The notes under the pieces are model-generated. The model did not search any database, was not told the origin of the DNA, and saw only the letters and a program-made list of their open reading frames with translations. Both the position numbers and the translations under genes were made by a program. A stretch of DNA of 64,000 nucleotides from a virus, in IMG/VR virus record IMGVR_UViG_3300042541_001664, positions 9,457 to 73,456 of that record; one strand, 5' to 3'. Below, piece by piece: positions 30,050-39,997 of the stretch; the first letter of the stretch is position 1, and each line of letters opens with the position of its first letter.

Positions 30050-31141
30050 ATGAAAAGAACACATTTAAATAATATATCTGAAAAAGAAAAAAATGATATA
30101 AGACATTTGTATAATATATTAATATCAGAACAACCAGCAAGTGCACCACAAACAGCATCGTCTAATGATTTTATTGATTTTAATGATTATGTTAATTTAG
30201 CAAGAGATATTGTTAACTTAAAACTTTGTTCTTTTGATACTGATTTTGAAAACATATATCCAGCAAGAACTAAGGAAAATAAAATTGTAATTGTTGCCAC
30301 AGCCAAAGTTGATAGGGTTAAAGGTGCTAATATTTTCTATTATAAAAAAGGGGAAACTATTGAATTTAATGTTGGAAGCCCTGTAGAGGGGGGAATTTAT
30401 TTTACTAATAAAACTAGTAATTTAAAATTTTATTTTAATTGTCCAGAATTGGGTAAAGAAGTTACAAGAGTTAGTACGAAAGTTGAAGATTTATTAGGTC
30501 AAAAAGGATTTTTTAAATCAAATAGTGTACAATTGCAAAATTATACAAATCAGTTAAATGACCCAAGGTATTTTGAAGAAAAATCTATACAAGAATTAGC
30601 AATTGAGTATAAAAATTCAATGGGATTTAATCCATTATATTATATGGGGCCAAAGTTTTTCTACAAAAAATTACAAAATACAACTGAAAGTAATAATTTA
30701 ACATCAGAACAGCAACAAGTTCAAAAGACTTTTGCGGAAAAATATGGTGCAGTTGTTGAACATGTAGTTTCTGATGCAGAGAAAGTTAATTATACTAAAA
30801 TAAATTTAAAAGACTACAATAATACATTTAAAGATGATTATTTTATGTTAGTACCTAACCAAAGAATACAAGATGTTCAAAGAGATTTTAAACAAGGAAA
30901 TACTTTATTATCAGTAGATAAAGAATCTGTATTTGGCTGTACTAGGTTATTGAAAACGTACAAAGAATTATTCTATAAATACAAAAATAATGAATACACC
31001 ACAGATTCGGCACTTTCAAATATCAAGCCGAAATTAGAATATTGCTACCGTAAATTTAGAACAACAAAACTTGGTGGAGAATTATTCCCATTTACAAATA
31101 GTAATGATAAAAATTTAGGCCCATTCTTATTAAAAATTTAA
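30050..31141 (+). CDS. phage protein with LISEQ leader
   Basis: ISEKEKNDIRHLYNILISEQ. Confidence 0.8.
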   Translation: MKRTHLNNISEKEKNDIRHLYNILISEQPASAPQTASSNDFIDFNDYVNLARDIVNLKLCSFDTDFENIYPARTKENKIVIVATAKVDRVKGANIFYYKKGETIEFNVGSPVEGGIYFTNKTSNLKFYFNCPELGKEVTRVSTKVEDLLGQKGFFKSNSVQLQNYTNQLNDPRYFEEKSIQELAIEYKNSMGFNPLYYMGPKFFYKKLQNTTESNNLTSEQQQVQKTFAEKYGAVVEHVVSDAEKVNYTKINLKDYNNTFKDDYFMLVPNQRIQDVQRDFKQGNTLLSVDKESVFGCTRLLKTYKELFYKYKNNEYTTDSALSNIKPKLEYCYRKFRTTKLGGELFPFTNSNDKNLGPFLLKI

Positions 31142-31144
31142 AAA

Positions 31145-31771
31145 ATGCAACTGAAACAAATTATTAAAGAAACTTTAATTATAAACGACTTAAAAAGAAC
31201 TATTGAAAAGGAATCTAATTATGTTCCATTTCAAAAATTACCTTATAATCAGAAGTTAAGAATTTCATTTATGTATATTAGTGAAATTAATAAAATGGCG
31301 AGTAATAACATTTTGTCAGAACAAATTGATTTAAATACTATTGCGAATTTTGTTACCAATAATAAAGCAGCATCAACAGTTGGATCAGGACTTGGACAAA
31401 CCGCAATTGAATGGATGGTTAAAAAAATAGCAGGTAGATTAGGTATTACAGAAGGTTGGCTTTTGGATACAATTGTAAATTATTTTCTGGACAATCCAAT
31501 GGATGTTGTTAAATCATTTAAAGATTGTAATTTAATGACAAAGAAAATAATCGAGGCATTGACAGAAACATTAATGAAGAAAGTTATAGATGAAAAAATT
31601 ATGAAATCTTTAGGTGTGGGTAGTTTAATTAGTGGCTCTATTAGAAATTCACTAATGGAATTAATGCAGAATGCTGAATGGGAGAGGTTACTAATGGCTA
31701 AATTTACGCCAATAGTTTGTAAATATAAAGATGATATGCTTGGTAGTGCTTGGAGTAAATTTTTTAAATAA
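31145..31771 (+). CDS. hypothetical helical protein with leader
   Basis: MQLKQIIKE...ILSEQ. Confidence 0.8.
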   Translation: MQLKQIIKETLIINDLKRTIEKESNYVPFQKLPYNQKLRISFMYISEINKMASNNILSEQIDLNTIANFVTNNKAASTVGSGLGQTAIEWMVKKIAGRLGITEGWLLDTIVNYFLDNPMDVVKSFKDCNLMTKKIIEALTETLMKKVIDEKIMKSLGVGSLISGSIRNSLMELMQNAEWERLLMAKFTPIVCKYKDDMLGSAWSKFFK

Positions 31772-31845
31772 TATGGATTCTACGGATAGCATCCGTTAAT
31801 CATAAATTGGATTTTAAAAAAAAGAGGAGGTATTCAAAATTTAGG

Positions 31846-31879
31846 AGAAGGTTGGGATTTACCCAACCTTTTCTTTTTT
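31846..31879. terminator. intrinsic terminator
   Basis: aaggttggg/cccaacctt plus T-run, between convergent genes. Confidence 0.7.
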
Positions 31880-32536
31880 TTACACCTTTTTTGTTTTGAC
31901 AATATCGTCAATTATGCCGTAAGCTAATGATTCATTAGCATCTAGCCATAAATCTCTACTAGCGTCATTTTTCACCTCTTCTGCTGTTTTGTTACAATAA
32001 TTTCCCAATAATTCAAAAAGAATATCGTTTGTTTTTAACCATTCTTTCATAGTTATTTCGGCATCTTGAATATTACCATAAGCACCCCCAGAACTTTGGT
32101 GGAGCATAGTTTTAGAGAATCGTAACATAGACCTCTTACCTTTTGTTCCTGCGCCAAGTATAATTGACCCCATTGATGCAGCCATTCCTGTGTTCACTGT
32201 ACGCACATCACAAGCAATATAGTCCATAACATCAACAATTGACAAACCAGCCTTCACAGACCCCCCAGGGCTATCTACGTGCAATGTAACGTCTGATTTT
32301 TCGACAGAATCAAGGAACATTAATTGCGCTTGAATTATGGTTGCCATTCTATCTTCTACTGGTCCAGCAATCCATATTAATCTATCCCTCATTAATCTTG
32401 AGAATATATCAATTTGAGTTGCCCTCATTTCTCTTTCTTCAAGAATATAGGGGGTCATAGAGTTCTCAAAATAATCCAAATTAGATGATGGTTTACCTAA
32501 ATGGTTAACATAATAGGATTTAAATTCGTTTCTCAT
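31880..32536 (-). CDS. clpP: ATP-dependent Clp protease proteolytic subunit
   Basis: DIFSRLMRDR, DSPGGSV, GMAASMGS, MLHQ, RDLWL, YGIID. Confidence 0.96.
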   Translation of the reverse strand: MRNEFKSYYVNHLGKPSSNLDYFENSMTPYILEEREMRATQIDIFSRLMRDRLIWIAGPVEDRMATIIQAQLMFLDSVEKSDVTLHVDSPGGSVKAGLSIVDVMDYIACDVRTVNTGMAASMGSIILGAGTKGKRSMLRFSKTMLHQSSGGAYGNIQDAEITMKEWLKTNDILFELLGNYCNKTAEEVKNDASRDLWLDANESLAYGIIDDIVKTKKV

Positions 32537-32571
32537 ATTTGTATTTTTTTTTAATTATAGGTATTTTCTTT

Positions 32572-33060
32572 TTAAGAAACAAATGATGACTTATAATCTT
32601 CCCATATTTTTGCAATAGATGATTCACTGATAAAAAGTGTTGGTGTTTTTGGTTGGAATCTCAGGGGCATTCTGGCTTCATCTGGCGTTTTATCCCCCTT
32701 CTTTAAATTACAAGGCAGACAGCAAGTTATAAGGTTATTCCAAGTATTTTTACCCCCTCTTGACTTTGGGATTATATGGTCAATGGTTAATTCTTTTTTT
32801 GATCCGCAATATGCGCATTCATTATTATCTCTTTTATATAATCTTTGCCTATTCACTCTTAAATTCTTCGTTTTATGTGAAATATAATTAAAAAGTCTAA
32901 TGATTAATGGCTTTGTATAATTTACTGTTTCACTTCTAATTATATTAACATCATTTTTTATAATTTCTGCCCTACCTTTGATAACCAGAACTATGGCTCG
33001 TTTAAGGGTGGTAATATTCAAGGGGGTATAATCTGAATTAAGCACTAATATTGTTTCCAT
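32572..33060 (-). CDS. HNH endonuclease (McrA-like)
   Basis: LVLNSDY, RDNNECAYCG, TIDHIIPKSRGG, CCLPCN. Confidence 0.92.
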   Translation of the reverse strand: METILVLNSDYTPLNITTLKRAIVLVIKGRAEIIKNDVNIIRSETVNYTKPLIIRLFNYISHKTKNLRVNRQRLYKRDNNECAYCGSKKELTIDHIIPKSRGGKNTWNNLITCCLPCNLKKGDKTPDEARMPLRFQPKTPTLFISESSIAKIWEDYKSSFVS

Positions 33061-33090
33061 TTAAGTTTTATAGAAATATAATAAAATAAA

Positions 33091-33119
33091 AAAAGGGTTG
33101 CAAGTATTTTTTGCAACCC
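33091..33119 (-). terminator. intrinsic terminator
   Basis: gggttgcaa/ttgcaaccc with an A-run on the left. Confidence 0.6.
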
Positions 33120-33328
33120 AATTCCATATTAGTTTATGACTCGGGGTCTGTTTTCCAATTTCAAAATCCAATTTTTCCTAAAAAGACACAATAAGTTTGA
33201 TATTTTCATATTAATTTAGTTGTACTAATAAATATAATTAAGTAATATAATTGGGTTAATATTTGGAAGTTAAAAAAATAAATTTTTACATTTTTATCTT
33301 TTATGTATATTTATTATTAAAATTTAAT

Positions 33329-34360
33329 ATGAAAAAATTAATGCAAATTGATGAAAACAAATTGATTGGGATTATAAAGAGTATGTTAGCGGAACAATCT
33401 GTTGATCCTATTCGTGCAACTATAAATAACACTCGTCCTAATATTAATACTTTTGATATCCCAACTCAAAAAGTACAAGGAATTGATCGTATGGGGGACG
33501 ATGATATTGATTACTTGGCACAACAACAAGCAGCACAACAACAAGCAGCACAAAAGCAAGCAGCACAACCACAGCGAAAAACTAAGGCGTGTGCTGGTTA
33601 TACGGAAAAAGCAACAGGTCCTTATAAATTATGTGATAGCGGTAAAGCCATTATAGCATTACAAACAAAATTAGGATTTAAAGGTAACGCTATAGATGGT
33701 AAACTTGGTGTATTAACTATGAGGGCGGCTCAAAAGCAAGGCCTTGTACAAAACAATACAATTCTTGATACTAAAATAAATGATTTTAAAAGTAATGTGG
33801 TAACTACAAATACCAAGCAGAGTAATAGTAGTTCTGGGTATATAACAATAAATAAAAAGTATTTGGGTTTACCAGGTGCAATATTTCAAGCATATAAAAA
33901 GGCAGAGTGGATTAATTTAACAAATCCAGATGGTAGAACTACAGTTACAACTAATTGTTCTAATTTAAAGACTAATATGTATTATAAATATATTCCTACA
34001 GAACAAAAAGGTTGGGTAACCCCAACAACTACAAAGAATTTAAGTGGATTACTTAATTATTATTTTTGTCAAACAAAAACAAATGCAATAAATGTCACTA
34101 ACGAAGTTATAACTGAACTATCTAAAGAACGTTCAAAATATTTTTTTGGTTCAACTTTCACTGCTATTAAAAAAAGGGATGGTGGTATTCATATAAAAAA
34201 TGAAAAAGGTGGAGTAAACCTTGCTACAACTTGTGGTGAACTAAATACTAATATATTTAGAAGGAATTATAGAATGCCAAATTCTCAAGTTGGCACTACT
34301 ATTGAATTACCTAAATTAAGCGAAAAAATTAAACCATTATTTTGTAGTACAAATAAATAA
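33329..34360 (+). CDS. leader-bearing protein with a peptidoglycan-binding domain
   Basis: MKKLMQIDENKLIGIIKSMLAEQ; QQQAA repeats; AIIALQTKLG...DGKLGVLT. Confidence 0.75.
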   Translation: MKKLMQIDENKLIGIIKSMLAEQSVDPIRATINNTRPNINTFDIPTQKVQGIDRMGDDDIDYLAQQQAAQQQAAQKQAAQPQRKTKACAGYTEKATGPYKLCDSGKAIIALQTKLGFKGNAIDGKLGVLTMRAAQKQGLVQNNTILDTKINDFKSNVVTTNTKQSNSSSGYITINKKYLGLPGAIFQAYKKAEWINLTNPDGRTTVTTNCSNLKTNMYYKYIPTEQKGWVTPTTTKNLSGLLNYYFCQTKTNAINVTNEVITELSKERSKYFFGSTFTAIKKRDGGIHIKNEKGGVNLATTCGELNTNIFRRNYRMPNSQVGTTIELPKLSEKIKPLFCSTNK

Positions 34361-34408
34361 TTTAATTTGACATTACACAATAATACATTATTTTTATTTT
34401 AAAACAAT

Positions 34409-34729
34409 ATGGAACTTACAAAAGAACAACTAGTTGAAAAAATAAATGCTGGTGAAAAAATGTTGGTAGATTTTTACTCTACAACATGTGGACCATGCAG
34501 AATGCTAAAGCCAATGTATGAAAAGTTGGCAAGTGAATTAAAAGAGCAAAATTCTGATGTTTCATTATATACATTTAATGTTCAGAATGATGTAAATTAT
34601 GCAGTAAATGAAGCTGGAGTTAGGGGTGTACCAACAATTAAAAGTTATGCTTCATCTATTGTCAAAGAAACAATTGTAGGCTTACCAAGTTTAACTGAAT
34701 TAAATGCGTTGGTTTTAGATTTAAAATGA
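34409..34729 (+). CDS. thioredoxin
   Basis: LVDFYSTTCGPC, VRGVPT. Confidence 0.92.
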   Translation: MELTKEQLVEKINAGEKMLVDFYSTTCGPCRMLKPMYEKLASELKEQNSDVSLYTFNVQNDVNYAVNEAGVRGVPTIKSYASSIVKETIVGLPSLTELNALVLDLK

Positions 34730-34761
34730 TTTCATTTATATTTATAAATAAAATATAAAAT

Positions 34762-35622
34762 ATGTTATATATAAATGAAAATGAAAAAAAACATATAAAA
34801 TCATTGTATTATACTAAAGATGTAAATGAACAAGTTGAACTTTTAAATCCTATGAAAGCACCTACCTTAATAAAAGGTAGTCTGTTTGATACATATAATA
34901 AAGTTATAACTAGGTATTCTGGCGAAGAGAAAATTCACAATATATTAGATGATACTGAACTTGCTGCTGCATTTGCAACAGCAGGTGTTGGCGATGCATA
35001 TATTGGAACTTTACATTCACTTTATTGGTTTTATGAAGGTTTTATGGATCAACTACAAGAATCGAGAATTAAAAAATTTATTCTTGGTATTGTTGAATTA
35101 GTTTTAGCTATTCCTGGTTTAAGTGAACTTAAATTTTTGGATAGGTGGAAAGATTTTATAAAAAAAAGTCCAATCACTCAGACAATAGAAAAATTATCTA
35201 AATCTATGTCACCTTTTTGGTCAAAAATAAGAACATATTTTTTACAAGCCATAGCTAGTTTAAGAAAACTTGATGATTTTTTAGTTAAACAACAATTTGA
35301 GTTTTTGTCTAGGGTCTGTAAAAAAATAATTAAATCAATTAATAATATAAAATTATGGTTTGATGATATGATTATATATTTCCAAAAATTAAGTGGGTCA
35401 TTTTCAAAAAACATAAAATCAACTATTAAAACATATTCTAATCAAACTAAAGACAATAATGTTGTAGATATTATAGATAAAACTATAGAGTATGGTACAC
35501 CCATTAAAGGAGTTGCGAAAAATACAAATAATATGCAGATGTCAACACAAGATACAACAAATCCCATATACTATAAGCCAAAAGTCAATCCAAATCAACC
35601 TAATGTAAAATATACAAACTAA
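34762..35622 (+). CDS. phage protein with VNEQ leader, possible membrane segment
   Basis: MLYINENEKKHIKSLY...VNEQ. Confidence 0.75.
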   Translation: MLYINENEKKHIKSLYYTKDVNEQVELLNPMKAPTLIKGSLFDTYNKVITRYSGEEKIHNILDDTELAAAFATAGVGDAYIGTLHSLYWFYEGFMDQLQESRIKKFILGIVELVLAIPGLSELKFLDRWKDFIKKSPITQTIEKLSKSMSPFWSKIRTYFLQAIASLRKLDDFLVKQQFEFLSRVCKKIIKSINNIKLWFDDMIIYFQKLSGSFSKNIKSTIKTYSNQTKDNNVVDIIDKTIEYGTPIKGVAKNTNNMQMSTQDTTNPIYYKPKVNPNQPNVKYTN

Positions 35623-35623
35623 G

Positions 35624-35654
35624 TTTGATTGTGTTACTAAATTTATTATATTTG
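35624..35654 (+). promoter_or_regulatory. Bacteroidota-type sigma-A promoter
   Basis: TTTG-N19-TATATTTG upstream of thyX. Confidence 0.7.
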
Positions 35655-35680
35655 TTATTAAACTAATCAAAACAAATTAT

Positions 35681-36394
35681 ATGACAGACAACAAAGCAAT
35701 ATTAATAGGTCATTATGGTGGTGACAAGACGCATTGTTTAGCCGCTTGGAGTTCAACATTCCTTGAATTAAATCTGGAAATGCCAAAGCAAATAGAAGAT
35801 AGGGTTGATGTAATTATCAATTACATTTTAGCAAATTCAAAAAGAATCAGAAACATTGAGCAGTTATTGGAATTTTTGGCATCAGAAGGACACACATCGC
35901 CTTTTAGATTTAGTACCTTACACTTTGTCACAACAACAGAAATAGCCACACACATTCAATTTTTGAAGCATTCAGTGGCATTGGGTGCGGAGAACGCAGA
36001 ATCCGCTAGATACAAAGAATTAAAAGAAGATAAATTCTACTTGCCAAATGATTGGCTTGAATATGGCGAAAAAGGTGAATTTTGGCATAACGAATTAAAA
36101 GCACAAAGTGAGAAATTAAATAAAATGTATCACAATTGCTTAAATGATTTAATACAGGCTGGAATGCCAAAAGCAAGAGCAAAAGAATCCGCAAGATTTT
36201 TTAAGATGTATAATTCACAATTGAATAGCAATAAGATAATGTCTTTTGATGGATTTATGCAAATATACAAGAAAAGAAATTTGTTATCGCCCTCCCAAAA
36301 AGAAATTGGTGATGTTCTGGAACAAATGTTAAATGAGATAAAATCAATACCAGATAATCCGTTTAAGGATTCGTTAAAAGCATTTGGCGTATAA
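35681..36394 (+). CDS. thyX: flavin-dependent thymidylate synthase
   Basis: GHTSPF, QFLKH...NAESARY, KESARF; RHR motif diverged to KHS. Confidence 0.82.
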   Translation: MTDNKAILIGHYGGDKTHCLAAWSSTFLELNLEMPKQIEDRVDVIINYILANSKRIRNIEQLLEFLASEGHTSPFRFSTLHFVTTTEIATHIQFLKHSVALGAENAESARYKELKEDKFYLPNDWLEYGEKGEFWHNELKAQSEKLNKMYHNCLNDLIQAGMPKARAKESARFFKMYNSQLNSNKIMSFDGFMQIYKKRNLLSPSQKEIGDVLEQMLNEIKSIPDNPFKDSLKAFGV

Positions 36395-36396
36395 TA

Positions 36397-36430
36397 AAAA
36401 GGGCTTGTAAAATAAATTACAAGCCCTTTT
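36397..36430. terminator. bidirectional intrinsic terminator
   Basis: aaaagggcttgtaa/ttacaagccctttt. Confidence 0.8.
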
Positions 36431-36445
36431 CTATTTAGGTTTTTT

Positions 36446-36670
36446 TTATTTACCTTTTTTTGCGACAACTGGAGTTTCTGCTGGTGTAGCGACTGGGGCT
36501 ACAACTGTTGGTACTTTGGAAAAGAAAGACCATACTGAACCAATTATTGTTGCTAATGCACCTACTACTTCAGTAACGAAAGTTTCATCAACAATTCCTT
36601 TTGTAATTAAGAAACCGCCAACAAAAGTAAGTACGTGTCTAACAATACCTAAAATTTGTTCTTTATTCAT
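36446..36670 (-). CDS. putative holin (2 TM)
   Basis: MNKEQILGIVRHVLTFVGGFLITKG...IIGSVWS; the upstream part of the long ORF is antisense to 36747. Confidence 0.7.
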   Translation of the reverse strand: MNKEQILGIVRHVLTFVGGFLITKGIVDETFVTEVVGALATIIGSVWSFFSKVPTVVAPVATPAETPVVAKKGK

Positions 36671-36746
36671 TTCAATTTTTTTAAAAAAATGTTTATATAT
36701 TGCAATAATGCTATATTTATAAATATATATAAAAGTATAAAAATTT

Positions 36747-38408
36747 ATGGAGAGAGTGAATATGTTTGATTTTTTTTTATTAAACGAGGGTGAAAGTACT
36801 AGGAAATTTAAATTTATTACAGCAAATGAATTTGATTTCTTATATAATTGTATTGACGGTAAAGGTAAGTATAACACTTGGATTGGAAATACAAATAGAA
36901 ATAAATTAATTAATAATATTCTTAAATATTTAAATGTTAAAACAACTTTTGTTGATGATCTTGAAGGGTATACACAATGTACTAAAGCTAGAGAAAAAAT
37001 TAAGGATTTAGGACTTGAAGCTGGCAAGAAAGCATATAATATAAAAAATTATATAACTAATATTCAGGGGGATTATGAGGTTCAAATGGCTTGTAGCACT
37101 ATACCTGAATTTATGAATAAAAATATTCAATTAATATTTGATAACATTACTCTTAAAATTGGAGAATTAGAAAAAAATAATAATTTTAATGATTTTATTT
37201 CTCTACATATAGATATATTTATTGATTTTTTTACAACTAGAAATACAGGAGAAGATAAAAAAGAACCTAGAACTGCACTTTATAAACAATTAATTGATTT
37301 ATATTCTAATAAATCATTCCAAAAAGTTAGAATTCAAGGAGGGGAAGATGAAGAGGAAATTGTGAGAAAATTATTTTTAATGGACTTAGAAAAGTCACAA
37401 CCTAATTATATTTATAATATATATAATAGTACATTAAATAAAGATGAAGAAATTGAAAATCCTGCTTATGCATATGAGTGTAAAAATTTTTCCCAACCGA
37501 TAAATAAATTATTATGCGCTTTAACTAAAAAAAGAGATAGTTCTTTAGCTTTTGATTTTGAAAAACAATTTGAACATACAACACAATTTATACCATATAA
37601 AGGTAATATTTCTTTTAATTTTAGAACACCCGAAAGTATGGGAATTGCTGTTAAAAAAGCTCGTGCCAATACTAAAGATGCAAATGAACAATTGGATAAT
37701 GTGGTTAAAGAAGTGTATTTAAAATTATTTAATATAATTTTTAATGACAAAGATGTTTTAGAGTTAATAGCATGTTTAGAACCTTATTCAAATGATATGG
37801 AGAATCCAGAGGCTTGTAGGGTACGTATGAACGCATTTGAAACTATACAAAAAAAACTTATAGAGACACAAATAGTAGTGCTACTAGATGAAGATAACAT
37901 TAAAAAAACAAAAGGAGATGTATTAGCAACTAGAGAAATTAGAACTTGTGATGATAAACATATTATGATAACAGCCAACTCCAAAATTGAAATCAAATTT
38001 TTTGATGAAGATACTATTAAACAAAAAAATAATACTTTACATATTACAAGAATATTAGAACCTAATAGTGAATATCTTATAAATAACATAGACACTAATA
38101 TTGAAAAAAAATCAGCACAATTTAAAAATTTATTTAAATTGATTTTAAATAGTGTTATTCAAGTAGTAAAAATTCAAGTTGAAAAATCAGCAGAAAAAAT
38201 TGAGTTCATATCTAAAGAAACTGCTGGTATTATAATTGCTGGACCAAAATATGTCCCTAATGAAGATAATTGGAATTTTAGTGTATATGAGGGTTCCGAA
38301 TATCAAAGAGGTGATGGAGTGGGAATTAAACTACAATTACCAGTAAACTTTAAGGCTTATGATATGGTTTTTGATTACGAAACTAGAGGTTATTGTCTAA
38401 AAGTATAA
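36747..38408 (+). CDS. large hypothetical protein
   Basis: 553 aa; FFLLNE leader; ATATTTAT upstream. Confidence 0.8.
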   Translation: MERVNMFDFFLLNEGESTRKFKFITANEFDFLYNCIDGKGKYNTWIGNTNRNKLINNILKYLNVKTTFVDDLEGYTQCTKAREKIKDLGLEAGKKAYNIKNYITNIQGDYEVQMACSTIPEFMNKNIQLIFDNITLKIGELEKNNNFNDFISLHIDIFIDFFTTRNTGEDKKEPRTALYKQLIDLYSNKSFQKVRIQGGEDEEEIVRKLFLMDLEKSQPNYIYNIYNSTLNKDEEIENPAYAYECKNFSQPINKLLCALTKKRDSSLAFDFEKQFEHTTQFIPYKGNISFNFRTPESMGIAVKKARANTKDANEQLDNVVKEVYLKLFNIIFNDKDVLELIACLEPYSNDMENPEACRVRMNAFETIQKKLIETQIVVLLDEDNIKKTKGDVLATREIRTCDDKHIMITANSKIEIKFFDEDTIKQKNNTLHITRILEPNSEYLINNIDTNIEKKSAQFKNLFKLILNSVIQVVKIQVEKSAEKIEFISKETAGIIIAGPKYVPNEDNWNFSVYEGSEYQRGDGVGIKLQLPVNFKAYDMVFDYETRGYCLKV

Positions 38409-38410
38409 AA

Positions 38411-38647
38411 CTACTCTTTAGTATTTTTATTAGTAATATACGTTGCAAATTTTTCACTAGCAATAAAACCAAGTCCAGCTATTGCCAACCAGACTAGTCC
38501 TTCAAATATATAATCTGTTATTGTATAATTTGAAAATAAATCAACAATTGACGCAAAAATTATTGTTAGCGATGCCGAAATACCAATAGAACGTTTGCTT
38601 GATATCTCCCCACTGGAACTTAGTAATGATTTTAAAAATTTTTTCAT
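38411..38647 (-). CDS. small 2-TM membrane protein
   Basis: GEISSKR followed by two hydrophobic helices and GLGFIASEKF. Confidence 0.75.
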   Translation of the reverse strand: MKKFLKSLLSSSGEISSKRSIGISASLTIIFASIVDLFSNYTITDYIFEGLVWLAIAGLGFIASEKFATYITNKNTKE

Positions 38648-39360
38648 TTTAATAAAATTTTTATACGATTTATCTCATTATTTAAGTTTTCATTATATTG
38701 AATTTTACCATCGCTAGATAATCCAGTACTATTAACAGAAATACTTCCATCGCTAGATAGTCCAGTACTATTAACAGAAATACTTCCATCGCTAGATAGT
38801 CCAGTATCACGAACAGAAATACTTCCATCGCTAGACAATCCAGTATCCTTAACAGAAATACCCCCACTTTTACTTGGAGCAGTATTGGTACCTTGGGTTG
38901 CATTTTTTATATCTGCTTGATTAAATTCTACTGATGTTTTATTTATATGACTTAATGGGTTAACAGTTGAACCATTTTTCTTCATAGCAAAGTGTAGATG
39001 CGCACCCCTTGAACTTCCTTTATTTGGATCATCTGCACCGCCACCACTATAACCTAATAGTGTTCCGCTTTTAACTGTTTGATTATTTGATACTGAAAAT
39101 GACTTTAAATGGCAAAATATAGCCTCAAACCCATCACCGTGATTAATTTTTACAATTCCACCACATCTAGGCTCATCAGGTCTTACTTTTACAACAATCC
39201 CATCGGCTATTGCATATACTGGTGTGCCAGATGGTACTGCAAAATCAACACCATCGTGTTTATATGACCCACGATTTTCACCCCATTTTGAACTTACTCT
39301 TGTGTTATTAAAACCTTTTATTGGTGGGGAGAATCTTTTTGCTTCATTTAAAAATTTCAT
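38644..39360 (-). CDS. M23 family peptidase (peptidoglycan endopeptidase)
   Basis: HDGVD, YAIADG, HLK, GAHLHF. Confidence 0.93.
   Translation of the reverse strand: MKFLNEAKRFSPPIKGFNNTRVSSKWGENRGSYKHDGVDFAVPSGTPVYAIADGIVVKVRPDEPRCGGIVKINHGDGFEAIFCHLKSFSVSNNQTVKSGTLLGYSGGGADDPNKGSSRGAHLHFAMKKNGSTVNPLSHINKTSVEFNQADIKNATQGTNTAPSKSGGISVKDTGLSSDGSISVRDTGLSSDGSISVNSTGLSSDGSISVNSTGLSSDGKIQYNENLNNEINRIKILLK
38707..38860. repeat. 39-bp tandem repeat (about 4 copies) in the M23 gene
   Basis: encodes (TGLSSDGSISVxx)n. Confidence 0.9.
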
Positions 39361-39397
39361 AATAGTATTTAATATATAAATATACTAAATAGTGTTA

Positions 39398-39997
39398 TTA
39401 AACAATATTCTTAGGTTTAAATATTTCACAAAATTTAGGAGCATATTGCTTATATTCGTTATATTTTATATAAATGCTTTTGTCTTCATTTAAAAATATA
39501 TGTTTATTTTCATCTATTATTTTTTTAACGAAAAAAACATAATTACTATCCTCGGCATATAATCTACCTAAATAATTGAAATATTCATCTCTTGTTTTTT
39601 TCTTTTTCTTGAAAATGAAATCTTGGAATAATTTATAATCTTCAACACTATTAGTCCAGCAATTATATACAGAATATCCTTTATTGGAATACAAAGCAAC
39701 GGTTGGTCTTCTTTCTGGTAATCTCATACCAAATAAATTATTGTTTTCCAAATAAATTGTGCTTGACATATATCCACTTTCTAGCATAGCTTGGGCAAAT
39801 ACGATATCTGGATATTCAATATCTTGGGATAAGATTTCAAAATATACAAGTTTCTTTTTAGAAATTTCATCAGAAAATAAACTTATTAGTTTAATCTTTT
39901 CTGAATCAATTTCATTTTTTATGAAATTTGTTGTTAATAATACAATAGTATTATCAAGAATTGAAATTAGAATTAAGGAAATTATTATTTTGTTCAT
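39398..39997 (-). CDS. glucosaminidase (GH73) domain protein
   Basis: AQAMLESG, NNLFGM, SVEDY, YAEDSNY. Confidence 0.85.
   Translation of the reverse strand: MNKIIISLILISILDNTIVLLTTNFIKNEIDSEKIKLISLFSDEISKKKLVYFEILSQDIEYPDIVFAQAMLESGYMSSTIYLENNNLFGMRLPERRPTVALYSNKGYSVYNCWTNSVEDYKLFQDFIFKKKKKTRDEYFNYLGRLYAEDSNYVFFVKKIIDENKHIFLNEDKSIYIKYNEYKQYAPKFCEIFKPKNIV

Noticed and set aside
36671-37027. N-terminal extension of ORF 36446..37027
   Set aside because: Antisense to 36747..38408; only the last 74 aa look like a real holin-type protein.
38707-38860. CRISPR-like appearance of short repeats (also 28550-28705, 50961-51169 and the LRR cores)
   Set aside because: In-frame coding repeats with periods divisible by 3, no unique spacers and no cas genes.
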